From Chrysomallon squamiferum (taxonomy: Eukaryota; Animalia; Mollusca), in assembly GCA_012295275.1 (NCBI GenBank), contig CM022678.1, positions 7,564,001-7,628,000 of the forward strand: DNA of 64,000 nt, in the 5' to 3' direction. The notes under the pieces are model-generated. The model was given only the letters and a program-made list of their open reading frames with translations. It was not told where the DNA came from and searched no databases. The position numbers and the translations under genes are program-made. Below, one piece after another: positions 1 through 23,483 of the stretch. Each line of letters begins with the position of its first letter. The first letter of the stretch is position 1.

Positions 1-159
1 ATTACAGACAAAATATTATTGCCATTTTATTTTTATTTTAATTTTATTTTATTATTATTTTTTTTTTTTAATACACAGGAATGTTAAAAAAATCACGAAA
101 GACTGAGTAAACGAAAATCACTGTGGCGGTAGTCTCATCTAATGTTTTGGGTTTTCGCA

Positions 160-860
<701 letters not shown>

Positions 861-915
861 CTATGTTAGTCAGCCAGCAAGAAAGTTGTTAAACGTATAC
901 GAAGTAACACGTTAC

Positions 916-7354
<6,439 letters not shown>

Positions 7355-8085
7355 CCTGAAATATTAATTACGGAGTAACATTTATTTCGTGCGTCTACAA
7401 ATGGAAATCAATTTTAATGTAAGAAATGCTTGTAGCATGCAGAGATGTGTGTGTGTGTGTGTGTGTGCGTGCGTGTTTGATGTAAATTAACAAAACATCG
7501 ACTGTACAAAAAAATAATACTAATGAAATAAATAAATAAATATAAATAAAATGTAATTAATATTATAAGAAAAAGAAAGAAAACAAATAAAATAAAATAA
7601 ATAAAACAATTAAAAAAAATAATAAATAAATAAATAAATAAATAAATAATACAGTTAAATAGAATTTATCGATGCCCGACATTTTCTCAATGGCTGTGAC
7701 GTCATCGAGTACATGGCGGACCGATTTGTAATCGCCACGACAGCAAACGTGAAATGTAAAATGGCGACGTTTAAAGTTTTGCAACCTTATTATTTGTCAA
7801 ATTAGTTGTTAGTTAATACATAAAAATGATAATTTGTTCAAATAAAATAATAACTTGTCAGTATAAAGAAGGTACAATTAAAGAAGGGAACAATAAATTA
7901 TATCATAATAAAAATAGTATTAAATGAATTTAAAGCATTTATATGTTATATGGTTAATCGTTAGAATTAGTATTTACGAATTTTCATATGAATTAAAAAT
8001 ATTTTCTTGTTTATTTAGTTATTTGTTGTTATTGTAATTATTATTATTGTTATTATTATTGTTGTTGTTGTTGTTGCTGTTGCTG

Positions 8086-8160
<75 letters not shown>

Positions 8161-8187
8161 CATACTTTTATTCTGATTTCTTATCTT

Positions 8188-8224
<37 letters not shown>

Positions 8225-8814
8225 GGGAAAATGTACTTATTATAAAGCATTTCCCATAATTTACATATTAATTGCTAACGATAACTAAGTTTCACAAATT
8301 TTCTACAGCAATTACAAGTATTATTAATTATCACTTGAATTAAAATTTAGAGCATTTTACTTACCTGAAATGATACCTATAAGCTTTTTGTATGGAAACA
8401 TTCACAAATTCAGACTATCCAGATTAATGCTGTTTGACGAACTAACGAAAGTATGGTTTAAAACGAGGTTAAACTTGTATTAGAGATTTTCCTGCAAGCT
8501 GTGTGTTTATAATATATATTGAACGTCTGATATCGATGTATGCAGCTGTTTATGTGTTTGACTGGTACACTAAATAAAACTTTTGCAAATCTCATTAATT
8601 ATAACAAAAAACTGGAATACATTAAGGTTTTGGGTTTTAACGTATTTTCATCTATTTTTTTAATGTTTTTTGTTTTGTTTTTTTTATTCGTTCTGTCAAA
8701 CATTTTTATTTTATTTTATTTTTTTTATTTATTTTTTTTTTTTTCTGTTTGAGATTATCGAACGATAAACGTTTGTACAAATGTAAATAATTGCTAATGT
8801 TTCTGTGTTTTCAT

Positions 8815-8904
<90 letters not shown>

Positions 8905-9512
8905 GTTCATTGTTGCTTTTCTTTTCTTTTTCCTTTTTAATCTTTTTTTTTTATTTTATTTTATTATTTATATTATTTATTTATTACTTTAATTTAATTT
9001 TTACAATTTTTTTTCCTTTTCCTTTATTTATCTGTCTCTCTCTCTATAACTATCTATCTGTCTATCTCTCTGTCTTTCTATCTGTCTATCTCTCTATAAC
9101 TATCTATCTGTCTATCTCTCTGTCTTTCTATCTATCTATCTACCTGTTTATTTATTTATATAATTTTTTTATTTATTATTTATATATCAACGAATACCAA
9201 ATGCTTATAAATTATGAGGGTCAACAGATATGACGAAATAAATAAATAAATAAATAAACAATAAATAAATAAATAAATAATGAGAAAATGTAAATCGAAT
9301 AGCTATGACGTCACAGGCGTGGGTATACGGCTATTAAAACAATAGAGCAATCGACAAATAGATCTGGTTTCCTCTTAAAAGTTTATAAGAAAAAAAAAAA
9401 AGAAAAAAAAAAAAATTAAAATTAAAAATAGTACTTGGACTTTGAGAAAGGCAAACGGTGACACATGTTGAGGGTAGGCTGTCGGCATTTACATTAATCA
9501 AAAATGTGTGTG

Positions 9513-9557
<45 letters not shown>

Positions 9558-9563
9558 CAAGAC

Positions 9564-10020
9564 CAGTGCTGCCCAACCTTTTCCGAACATGGGCCGGATT
9601 TAAGAAAAAACGATGCCAGTGGGCCGGACTCGTATTCCTAGCCTTTCATTTTTTAATACAACTACTTGAAATGGTTTGAAAAAGTATTCAGAACTGAAAA
9701 CACTGATTCTATTATTCTATTTATAGAAATTATCCATTCTACAATCATAATTCATAACTCAATTTAAACATAGGGGTCCTACATATGATACTATTTCTAT
9801 TACTTCTTCACTTTTTATCAATTTTTCGATATCAGCAAACACAGTACTTTTAGACCTAACGCTACTCCATTCTTCAAACTGAAAACTATTGATTAGTAGC
9901 CAATCATCATCGAAGAAAAATAACAGTAGTAAGCGTCTGCGTTAATGTTAAGGAATAAACTGAAGACCGACTAGCCAGCTGGATTCTAAGGCTTCGTGGG
10001 CCGGACGTTGGGCAGCACTG
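9564..10020. mobile_element. Non-autonomous hAT element (MITE)
   Basis: Perfect 14-bp TIR CAGTGCTGCCCAAC...GTTGGGCAGCACTG; 8-bp TSD ATCAAGAC/ACCAAGAC (7 of 8 match); subterminal TGGGCCGGA repeats. Confidence 0.88.
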
Positions 10021-10448
10021 ACCAAGACAAACGTAAATCAAAGGTTACGTGACGTCGCATATATAATAAGGAATGCTAGAAGTAATGAGGTAGGTAGCAT
10101 CTTGTGCCAAGATAATCGGCAGCAAGGTCGACTTTATACAGGACGGCACATACCACAGTATTTGATTTAACTATTGTGTGACATTAGTAAGACGGGTCTA
10201 TATCACTGTTAGGTATGTTTGTAAGTGAGTGTGTGTGCGTGCGCGAGCGTTTGAATTTATATATGTATATATGCATATATGTATGTCTGCATATATACAT
10301 ATATATACATATCTGTGTATGTATATGTATGATGTATTTTTATTTGTATCTATGTGTTTGAATATATGCAAACGTTATAAATAATAATGATGACGGTTAT
10401 TTGTTCGTAAACATTGTGTTGCTGTTCATTTATTTATTTATTTAATAT

Positions 10449-10491
<43 letters not shown>

Positions 10492-10734
10492 TTATTATTA
10501 GTAGTAGTAGTAGCCGTAGTAGTATTTTATTTCTTATTTTTTAAAACAAATTTCACGTTTTATTGCCTGCATGTTCTGTATTAGTAATATTGGACGCCTA
10601 GATTATTATTATTGTTGTTCAAACTAGATATGTTTTAAACATGAAATATTTATTTTAAATTTTTGATGACTACAAATTTTAAAAATGTACCATTCCTATC
10701 AGCATCATTCAACTTCTTCTTCTGTTTCTTTTTC

Positions 10735-10780
<46 letters not shown>

Positions 10781-10819
10781 CCATTATCATAAGCGATATG
10801 TTTCCTTTTATACTCTCAT

Positions 10820-10970
10820 TATTATCACCAGTAAGTTTATGATTATCATCATCATCATCAACATTACCAGTAAGTTTATGATTATCATCGTCATCATCAT
10901 CAACATTACCAGTAAGTTTATGATTATTATCATCATTGTCATCATCATAATTATCATCATCATCATGAAC
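10820..10970. repeat. Short tandem repeat (about 42-45 bp x3) embedded in (ATC)n
   Basis: ACCAGTAAGTTTATGATTAT is repeated three times, separated by ATC-rich runs. Confidence 0.8.
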
Positions 10971-11569
10971 ATTATCATTCTCTCAAAAATACCCTTCTTC
11001 ATACATCACTATCTCCATTTAGTTTAGGATTATTTTTACCGTCAACATTATACTATTATTATTATTGTTATTATCATCATAATCATCATTACTGCTGTTG
11101 TCGCTGTTTTTTGTTATTGTTACAAAATAAATAGTTAAAAGTAAAAGTAAAAAATTAAATGATTAGTTAGTAATTCAGAAGATTTATCCAAGCAACTATG
11201 CAAAAAAAAAAATTAAAATTAAAAAAGAAAGAAAGAAACAGAAAAGAAAAAAAAAAGAATAAGAACAAGTTGGTAAAAAAATCATATCCACTAAAATAAT
11301 TTACAAGATAGTCCTTAAAAGAAGCGTCAAAAATATGTGTCTGTGTGTGTGTGTGTGTATATATATATATTATTTCAAAAGTTATTATAGTAACAGCATG
11401 TAATTATCAATAGTAGCATATAACTACAAAAGAAAAAAGTAAATTTAAACTCTATAACTCTCCGATTATAGAAATAAATATCTCACCCCAGTGTTCTCGC
11501 CGTAATACTGAGAAACTACTATATTAAAAAAAAAAAAAAATCAGAAAATCAGTTAGAAAGAGATTCCTA

Positions 11570-11914
11570 CAGCCTGACGATCCCTTATCCGAAATTCCGA
11601 AATCCGAAAAGCTCCGAAATCGGAACCTTTTTTTCCCGAGCAGCAGAAATAATAATATCTTACAATTTTCGGACATTTTTTTTTTTTTTTTTACATATAC
11701 AAACCGTACTTTTATGCACAAAAATTGTTAAAAATATTGTTTTAAAAATACCTAGCAGACTATTTGTGTGAACTGTACATGAAAAATAAACAGAATTCAT
11801 ATTTGAACGTAGATTCTATTCTCGTGCTGTCTCTTTATATTCCAAAATCCGAGATATTCCGAAATCTAAAACCTTTCCGGTTCCAAGCGACCTGGATAAA
11901 GGATTCTCAACCTG
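11570..11914. mobile_element. Tigger/pogo-type MITE (Tigger4/MER46-like ends)
   Basis: Imperfect TIRs CAGCCTGACGATCCCTTATCC and, reverse-complemented, CAGGTTGAGAATCCTTTATCC; TA on both sides; internal TCCGAAA repeats. Confidence 0.8.
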
Positions 11915-12289
11915 TACTGGTCCCAAAACGAACGACAGAGCTTTCGCTAGGCCCTTATCCAGCTGTTTCTAATAAGTAGACGTATTAATTCAGTTGTTAT
12001 TTGTCAAACTTGTTCAGATTTCTCTACATTTACGGGGACTGCTGGCCAGGATATCAATTAACAGCGCGTTAATTGTGTATGCATAATTCATTTATTAATA
12101 AACAAATGCATAAATATTTATTCTTTAACACTTTTTAATTATAAATCGTAAATGTTCGAAGAATAACATTTCGTTAACCCACATATGTGCTTTTAATGCG
12201 GTATGTGTTTGATTGTTTGTAATTTTCTTTAAAAAACTGTTTTTGTTTCGGACGCTTCTGTTAAAGACTGTCGCTTACCAAAAACTTAC

Positions 12290-13699
<1,410 letters not shown>

Positions 13700-14439
13700 G
13701 TAAGTAGCCGTCGTTGATGTGGCTGCTGTTGCAGTTACTAAGAAAGGTAGGGGTATTTTTTTAAACGATTCTGTTTCCGTCGATGTTTAATTGTCGATAA
13801 TTATAAACTGGCGTTATGTGTTAGAACCTGGATTAAGTTTCGATTGACGTTATTTGAGTGTTTTGTTTAGTGTGAAAAAAATTGTGTGAATATCGAACAC
13901 AGCTGTTACTGCTTCTGTTATTATTTGACTGTTGCTACAACTACTACTACTACTACTGTATTTCAAACACATACAAAAAGTATGCATGAAATCGCAGAAC
14001 TATTATTAATTCAACAACGTATCTGCTACCATTATTACTGTAGCAACTATTACTTCATCTTCTATTATTACTATTGCCATTATCGCTACAAACTATTACT
14101 CTTATCAGTAGTAGCAGTATTAACATTATTATTATTACTACTATTACAATATAACAATGATAACTGGGGTTTTTTTTGGGGGGGGGTTCGTTTTTTTTTT
14201 TTTTTTTTTTTTTTTTAGCGGTAGTTGTAATAATAACAAAATAATTAATTATTATTATTATATGGTCAGAATTCAGATATAAAACTAACGTAGAATTTTT
14301 ATCTAAAACTATAGTCAGTAGATCGGTTGTAAATACATTAAATGCTGTTTTCGCAGATTATGAATTTAAAAGCAATGATTTTATTGTCGCAGCAGAATCA
14401 GTTTTCACTAGAACACGAGTTCTCAGACTGTGCAGAAAG

Positions 14440-14491
14440 ATGAAGAAATGTCTGTTTCTGTTTGCATTGCTCTGGTTGCCTCTGTATTACG
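14440..14491 (+). CDS. CUB-Ig gene exon: signal peptide
   Basis: [17 protein letters not shown]|gtgagt, phase 1. Confidence 0.82.
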
Positions 14492-14497
14492 GTGAGT

Positions 14498-14581
<84 letters not shown>

Positions 14582-15079
14582 CCTCTCTGTTACTCTCTTT
14601 GTATCTATCTCTGTGTGTTCTTCTCTCTCTGTATTCCCCTGTCGATCTCTCTTCTCTCTCTCGATCTCTCGATCTCTCCACGTTTGTACCTAAATCTCTA
14701 TATATATATTACACTGAATATTTAATCTAAGACTTTTTCTCCTTTATTTATCTATTGATTTCTATCTCTTTCGTTCCGTTTACGTTTACTTAGTTCTCTC
14801 TTTCTTTTGCTCTTCTTCTCTTTGTTTTGTTCTCAGTATATACCTCTGTCGTTGTCTCTTTATGCATATCTTGTTTCTTTGTCTCTATCGTTCTGTTTCT
14901 CTCTCTATAAGTTTCTTTCTCTCTCTCTGCCTCTGTATCTTCTAGTCTATTTCTCTTCTATTCCACTTGCTGGCTACATGAAACACATTATATACATATT
15001 TGGGGCCTGTGTGTTTGTCTGTATGTGTATGTGTGTGCATGTATGGGTCCTTGTGTATATATGTGTATGCATGTATGTA

Positions 15080-15110
<31 letters not shown>

Positions 15111-15218
15111 GTGCCTGTTTGTGTTATATGTATCTGTGTGTATGTGTGTTATGTATGTTATGTATGTGTCTGTATGAGTAGCTGTCTGTCTGTGTTTGTA
15201 TATTTGTATGTATGTGTA

Positions 15219-15261
<43 letters not shown>

Positions 15262-18064
15262 TTTATATGGCTATATATCTGGTGTATGTGTGTTTGTATG
15301 TGTTTGTATGTGTGTGTGTTTATATATATATATGTTTTATATGGCTATATATCTGGTGTATGTGTGTCTGTATGTGTGTATGTGTGGATGAGTGTATATG
15401 TGTGTGTCTATCTGTGTATCTGTTTCGTATTTCCAATCTCTCCGCTCTGTATCGACTGATGTTCACAGCTAAATAAAATACAGACTTCATTTACATTGCT
15501 TTTTACAGAAACCAAAAACTCTAAGTTCTGCGGCCAATACTATGCTGCAACAGCTGCCGAGCAGATTACATTCGAGTATTCTGGAAACCAAAGGCAGGTT
15601 AATTACATGTGTGAAATATCCATAAACAGGAGGATACGAAAAAACACACAAAATGTGCCGCAGACAAAACAATATTGATATCGTTATTGAATTTGCCATG
15701 AGGTTTATCTGTATTAATTTGTATTAAATTTGTGTTTCTCGGCCTTCAAGGTTTAATACAGCCTCCTTTGAAGTTTTATAATTTATCGAAATAGAGTTTT
15801 ATGTCAGCACTGTTTTATGGTTGGTCTTCATGCTCTGTAATTGTACTTGCAACATGTTGTCTGTTTGTTGTTTCTTTTTTTTTTTTTTTTTTGTCTGTGT
15901 ATTATTTTAAATCATTAGTAACTTACTGGTTTGCTAGAGCTGTACAACGATGAATGATGTCTGGTTAGACATCAAGGTCAAATCTGCGCAGAGCACCTGT
16001 GGGTTAATTCCCGTTCCAGCAGAGGCTCTTCTAGTTTAGCCAGAGTCTTTCCATCAGCTATCAGAGTTTAAAGACTTAGGTTTTTGTTTACCCACTTAGT
16101 TCTCATTTCTAGACTCTTATCTAACATTTTTACCCATTCTACAACTATTATCATAAGATTTTAAAATTATTATTTATTCTGCCATATGTTCATTACCGTA
16201 TCATCTACTGTCTGTAAAGTTTAATGTTTACGCTATGATTTAATATTAGGTTTCAACATTTACTTTTTCATCTACTATCATAGCTTTTAATGTTTATTTT
16301 TTTTATCTACCGTCATAGATTTTAACGTTTACATTTTAATCTACTCTCATAGGTTTTTGTGTTTACTCTGTCATCTACCGTCACAGTTTTTAATGTTTAC
16401 TCTTTTATCTACTGTCACAGTTTTTAATATTTACTGTTTCATCTTTTCTCATAGTTTTTAATGTTTACTCTTTCATCTACCATCATAATTTTTAGTCTTT
16501 ACTGTTTCATCTACTGTCATAGTTTTAGTGTTTGCACTTTAATCTACTGTCACAGTGTTAATGTTTACTCTTTCATCTACCTACATAGTTTTCCATGTTT
16601 ACTTCATAATTTACCTTCATAATTTTTTTTTTGTTGTTGTTCTTCTAATCTATCTTTATAGTTCTAAATTCTTACTTTCCAATCTACATTCATAATCTTT
16701 ACTTTATGTCTATCGTCAGTTTTAATGTTTCATAAATAATCAATTTTCGTAGTTTGTAATGTTGACTTTGAAATCTACTTAGATTCTAGTGCTATCTCTA
16801 TTATATGCCATTATACTTATTTCTTTTTTCTTCTTCTTCTTTTTTTTTCTTTTCTTTTTCTTTCTCTCTTTTACGTCATAGCTTGAGATGTAATTTTTCC
16901 CACCTATTCTCAGGAACCTGAATGTTTGCTCAATCACTAGCTATCAAGAATTTTTAATTTTTTTCACTAGCGGCGTTAATGTTTACCATATCGTTGATCG
17001 AGATGAGTTTAAATATTTACTTTTTCAATAGCTTTACAGTTTCAATAGCTTTAGATTCAACGGTTGTTAATTTTCATTATTTTAATTTGTTTTCTGTTTC
17101 CAGTGGATTAATTTGTTTCTGGATCATAAAGTCGGTTTCCCCCGTCAGACCGGTTCAAGTACGGCTTGCAGACATCACACCAGTCGTCAACACTGAATGT
17201 CGTCGTCACAACGTCACTGTCTATGAAGGTCAGTGGAACATTTCTGTTTTTTTATAAATTAATGTTTTTCTTCTATTTCGTGTTTTTATTTTTGTTTTAT
17301 TTATTTATTTATTGTTTGTTTGTTTGTTTGTTTGTTTCTTTCTTTCTTTCTTTCTTTTTTCAGTTTAAATAATAATTAACATATTATAAGCTATAATATA
17401 GAGGCAGATATACATACATAAAGACTTATGAACACAGATATTTACATGCATGCACGCACACGCACACACATGTATATTGTTGTATGTGCATGTATATATA
17501 TATATATATATATACAATACAAATACATAAGCACATATACACATACGTATATAATTTTTTCTGTGTGTGTCTATACATACATACATACATACATGCATAC
17601 GCAGATACATACACATACACACATACACATACACACACACACAAACATATAAACATAAGAACTTTATTGAGAATTTCACTGCATTCTGATACGCAATCCA
17701 ATTTAAACCTCTGTGACAGACTGTTTGATCCCATATCCTGTATGTGATTATGTTTTTTGTTCAGGTTATTTTCTCAGATTTCATTACTTGAGAGGATTTA
17801 AAAGTCGTCGCAAACTGGGGACGTGGTGCGGCTCGGACACGACGACATTTCGAAGCTTCACCGGTTTTTTAACTGTTGGATATTATTCTGATGGCCATTT
17901 AGCAAACAGCTTCAAACTGCGCTATAGTATTCTGAGTACGTTTTAGCATACAGTTTTATATACATACATACATACATACATATACATATACATACATATA
18001 TATATATAAAATGCAACAAATATATAGCATTAAATATAGAAGAATTATAATTAATATACTTTTT

Positions 18065-18147
<83 letters not shown>

Positions 18148-19646
18148 CTTGTAGTAATAATAATGTTGTATTAATGTTTATTTAAAATTAGTTGCGGTGT
18201 AGTAATAATACTAGTAATGGTAATGTTTCTAGTATTATGGCTGTCGTAGCAGTAGTTGTAGTAGTAATAGAAGCAACATTCGTAATAGCAGCAGCAGTCA
18301 TACATAGTATGACTGATACTAGCAGTAGTAGTATCAGCAGCAGCAGCAGCAGTAGTAGTAGTAATCTGTTTCCTCTTTAAATAGTTAAAAATGTTATATT
18401 TGTTTTGTTTTTTTCCCTAACTGCAGAACTACCATCACCCAATGACTGTGGAAATCTGACTGCAACCAAGCAAGCTAAATATCTGTACTACCAAACATCT
18501 GGTAACGGGACGTGAGTTTCTGATTTTGATTTCACTTGAGACTTAATTCTGTGTATCCTGTTATACAGTTTTTGTTTTAATAACATAAAGGCTAAGAATG
18601 CCCGTCTAATAAGATACACTTTAATTTTTCTTCATTATTATTATTATTGTTGTTGTTGTTGTTGTTGTTGTTATTATTATTATTATTTTACGTCTTTTCT
18701 TTTCTTTTGTAATAATATTTCCATGAATATCACGAGACATTGCCATGTAAATAAAATCAACAGCTCTACCAAACCAGTAATTTGTCATACCAGACATTAT
18801 TCTACATTGTACAACTCTTCCAAACCAGTAATTTGTCATACCAGACATCATTCTACATTGTACAACCCTACCAAACCAGTAATTTGTCATACCAGACATC
18901 ATTCTACATTGTACAACTCTACCAAACCAGTAATTTGTCATACCAGACATCATTCTACATTGTACAACTCTACTACATCAGTAAACCAGTAATTTTGTCA
19001 TACCAGACATCATTCTACATTGTACCAAACCAGTAATTTCTACATTGTACGACTCTACCAAAACCAGTAATTGATCATTCTACTATTGTAAGTCTCTGTA
19101 GCAGTATGAATCTATATCAGGAAACAAAAGAAAACATTACTTAATCTCCTCGCTGAACAACAATGCAACTTCTCAATATTCTGAAACACCAGTATTCTCG
19201 TTTTCTACGTGTTTTCTTTTCAGCAGAGTCAGCTGTCGCTGGACTATAACAACAGGCTGGAATGACGGAGTTAACCTGGCTATTGTCGAATCTACATTAA
19301 CTCACGACCTCCTCTGCCAGTCTGATAATTTGACATTTTATGACGGTGGGTCATATCCAAACTCCTCTGCCAGTCTGATAATTTGACATTTTATGACGGT
19401 GTGTACTTCACGAACGGTAACTTAGGACGTCGTGTCTTTTTCATTTCATAACGTTTTGACGTATCCTGCAGTTACTAGTTTACGACTGTTAAAATTCACG
19501 GTACGAGTTTTACGTTACGCTCAATAACGGGACGTTCTTGACGTACTAATTTCGGACGCTGCGTATGTTACGATTGTTAGCTTACGACGATGTTTACTTC
19601 ACGAGTAATAATTAATATTTTACTAGTGTATGTGTGCGTATGTATC

Positions 19647-19688
<42 letters not shown>

Positions 19689-19711
19689 ATACATATATAC
19701 ATACATACATA

Positions 19712-19776
<65 letters not shown>

Positions 19777-20883
19777 TAGAGAGAGAGAGATTTGATTAAA
19801 CCAAATGAATGAGTAAAACGAATTGAACCATAGCGATTCAGACAAATGACTTGCAACTGAAACGTCAGAAAAGTATACAGAAATATTTCCGTTGTAAATT
19901 TGTTACTATTGTGATTTTTTAAAGGTAATGGTATTATTAATACAAAACAGCTGGGTACGTGGTGCGGTGCGGACGAGAAAACATTTCAGAGTGAGACAAA
20001 TGTCTTAACTGTCGTGTTTTCTTCTCGAGGCGACTCGGTGAAAAGATTTAAGCTGAGGTACAGACAAACGAGTGAGTAGAATATATTCTTTGATACGTAG
20101 TCTTCCTTGTTCGGTTTTGGTTTGTATTTTACAGCTATTTTTTAAATGTTGTAACTGTCGTCGAAGAAAAATAATGTTATCAAATGGATTGAACAAAACA
20201 TACTGTTGAAATAAAAGCAACCGATTGACACGTCACAGTCAGACAGTCATCAGATAACCAACCAAGCAAACAAACAGCTGCCAGCTTAGCAACCAGTGAA
20301 TAAGTCAGTGAACAACCATTAACTTATGACGTCATGTCTTTTAATTTCATAACTTTGTGACGTATCCTGCAGGTACTAGTTTAAGACGGTATCTAGTTTG
20401 CAAGTGTTAATAATTCATGACTGTACATGACATACAAATATTAATGTAATTACGAGTGGTAACAGAAGCAACAGACAATAATCTAAATAACCAAGCATCA
20501 ACAAATTGAACGGTGAAAGCACTAACAACCAAAGTATCAACTGTCAACGATCTTATCAAGCCATCACCCTGCTAAACAGATAACACACTTATCAGTAACT
20601 TCGCTGTCCACTGAATCAACCATCAAAAACAACCAGTCTTACAATCAGCCAACCAGTAAAACCATCAAGAAAATAAATAAATCACCAGTTCACCAACTGT
20701 TCAACATACCAATCAGTTAAAGAATCAGCCGTGTATAAAACAAATATTTTAAAAACCCGACACAAACAAAACAAACAATTATTGAGGATATGTAGAAAAG
20801 GTAATGTTTAATGATACCATTATTTAAGCTTAGTATGTGTGTAACTATCTATGTATCTATCAGTCAGTCTATCTATCTATCTA

Positions 20884-20922
<39 letters not shown>

Positions 20923-20995
20923 GCCTGCCTGCCTGCCTGCCTGCATGTCTATCTATATATCTATCTGTATGTATGTATGTTTATATATATATACT

Positions 20996-21087
<92 letters not shown>

Positions 21088-21096
21088 GCATGTGTT

Positions 21097-21148
<52 letters not shown>

Positions 21149-21663
21149 TGTATGTATGTTTGTTTCCTTGGATATATGCATATATCTTCAGACAGAAAGA
21201 GGTATTTTCTTCTATAATCTTGTTTGTCTGTCTATTTAATTAAGTAATAAAAAACAATTTCTCTACATTCTTTTTTTCTTTTTTTTTTTTTTTTTCAAAA
21301 CCTTTCACATTAAGATCCGAGAAAGAAAAGAAAAAAAAGAAGACAAAAATAAATTGAAGTTGTTATTTCTAGGATGTGATTGATTGAAGCAACACCGCAG
21401 TTGTTGCAAAGTCAGCAACATCGTCGTCACCTCCAGCCTTTTTAACCTTTCCTTCTCACGACTAAATGAGATTAGCTGTTCAGAACTGGTCGATAAAGTA
21501 AAGATTTTTTTTTTTAATACAGACGCCGTTAGTGTCGAAAACAAATCGAAATATCTTACGACAAACTGCGTCCATAGACTGGATATAAATAACAGTGGAA
21601 GAACGTGTTGTAATAAGATAATTATTTATGATGTCTTGAAGGTGAAATTAATGTACAAGTTTG

Positions 21664-21694
<31 letters not shown>

Positions 21695-21838
21695 TTTTTT
21701 TTTTTACTTTATTTATTTGTATTTATTTATTTATTTATTTATTTATTTATTATCATCATCATCATCATCATTATCATCATCATCATCATCATTATCATCA
21801 TTATCATCATCATTATCATCATCATCATCATCATTCAT

Positions 21839-21887
<49 letters not shown>

Positions 21888-21895
21888 TAATTGTT

Positions 21896-21926
<31 letters not shown>

Positions 21927-22692
21927 TTTATTTATTCCCGGATGTTATTATCATAAATAAAATGTCACAAGGTCACGTGGGTCAGACTGGTCCTCTTTAA
22001 GACGAGTTTCTAAATGCTGCGCAAGTGAGTTAGAACATTTGCGCAATGATTAGTAGTTGTGATTTATGCGGCTGATTTAATGATGTCTTCGGGTCATGGC
22101 CAGATTAGCACGGTAACAACAGCAGCACGTGTTACAGGTCAGACTCTGCATGTCGAAACAGATTTAGCAATCTCATTTCTGCGTGAACGGTTTTGTGTGA
22201 CGCAGACGTCAATCTATAAATGTCATTTTCAAAACTGCAGTCGTATGGCTTTCGACACTTCCAATTAATACCTTCATTATAAACATGACTGTTGCTGAAA
22301 TGTCAGATGTATCTGTTTCGTTGGTAATTTTAGATTTATGAATTAGTAAAGTTACGCATTTCACACAGATTGAGAGTTAGAGTGAGCTAGAATGTATTTA
22401 GGTGAGTTAGCGAGGTTGCGTAGGTGACTGGTGACATAGGTTAGGGTTAAATGATTAAAATGACGTCAGTGAGCGTGGAGATGTTTAGGTGAAGTAGTAA
22501 GAACGACGTCTAAGTTTTCTTATGAACTTGAGAATAGATCAAGCTTATGATGAAGGGAGACATCGTTTGAGTTTTGCACATATCTTGAAATAAGTTGAGA
22601 TGATGTCATGAGACTGTCCAAATATTTTTTTTATCATACTTGAGGAGAAGAAACGAGATGAAATGGGAGCAAATGGAGAGAGAGGGAGAGAG

Positions 22693-22776
<84 letters not shown>

Positions 22777-23428
22777 TGTGTGTGTGTGTGTGAGAGAAAA
22801 GGACAGAGAGAGTATGAGAGAGAGACAGAGAGAGTGTGAAAGAGAAAGAAAGAAAGAGTGTGGGAGAAAAGGACAGAGAGAGAGAGAGAGAGGACAAATG
22901 AAAAGGAGCAGAGAGAGAGTCTGCATATAAATTAATTTTACATATTACAAAATACACCTGGTTTTACAAACTAACGCGTACTTTCAGACCAGTGCTCGGT
23001 GACAGTAAAACGAGATTTAAACTCGAGTGTACTCGAAGGAAGCTCGCTTACACTGAACTGTTCCTCTGACTGCCCCGGACCCACAACACACACGTGGATG
23101 TTTCAGTGCCCTCTCGGCAAATTTACCTACACTCTCAGTTCCAGCGAATTAAGTGGAGAACTCTTCCTGAACAACGTCAGCAGCGTGGATCACGGGAACT
23201 ACACGTGCAGGGTCGTGCACGACCCCCGGTCTGATGATGACGTCGGATATCACGGATCAGCATCGACTTCGCTGGATGTTATCTGTAAATAATTAACTTC
23301 TTTAACATGCTGTCATTATGTGTGTGTATGCGTGTATATGGATGTATGGATCCATGCATGCATGCATGAACCCATATATGTACTTATGTATGTTTGTATG
23401 TATGTATATGTGTGTGCGTTTGTGTATG

Positions 23429-23483
<55 letters not shown>

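Noticed and set aside
122-142. CGGSL on the plus strand, matching the expected next GALNT exon (WxCGGSL)
   Set aside because: Wrong strand, no acceptor, no preceding Trp and an immediate TAA; treated as chance.
15980-16050. B-box-like GGGTTAATTCCC (also GGTTCAAATCC near 23725) suggesting a tRNA or SINE
   Set aside because: No cloverleaf or matching A-box could be built.
22438-22450. TTAGGG telomeric motif
   Set aside because: Single copy, expected by chance.
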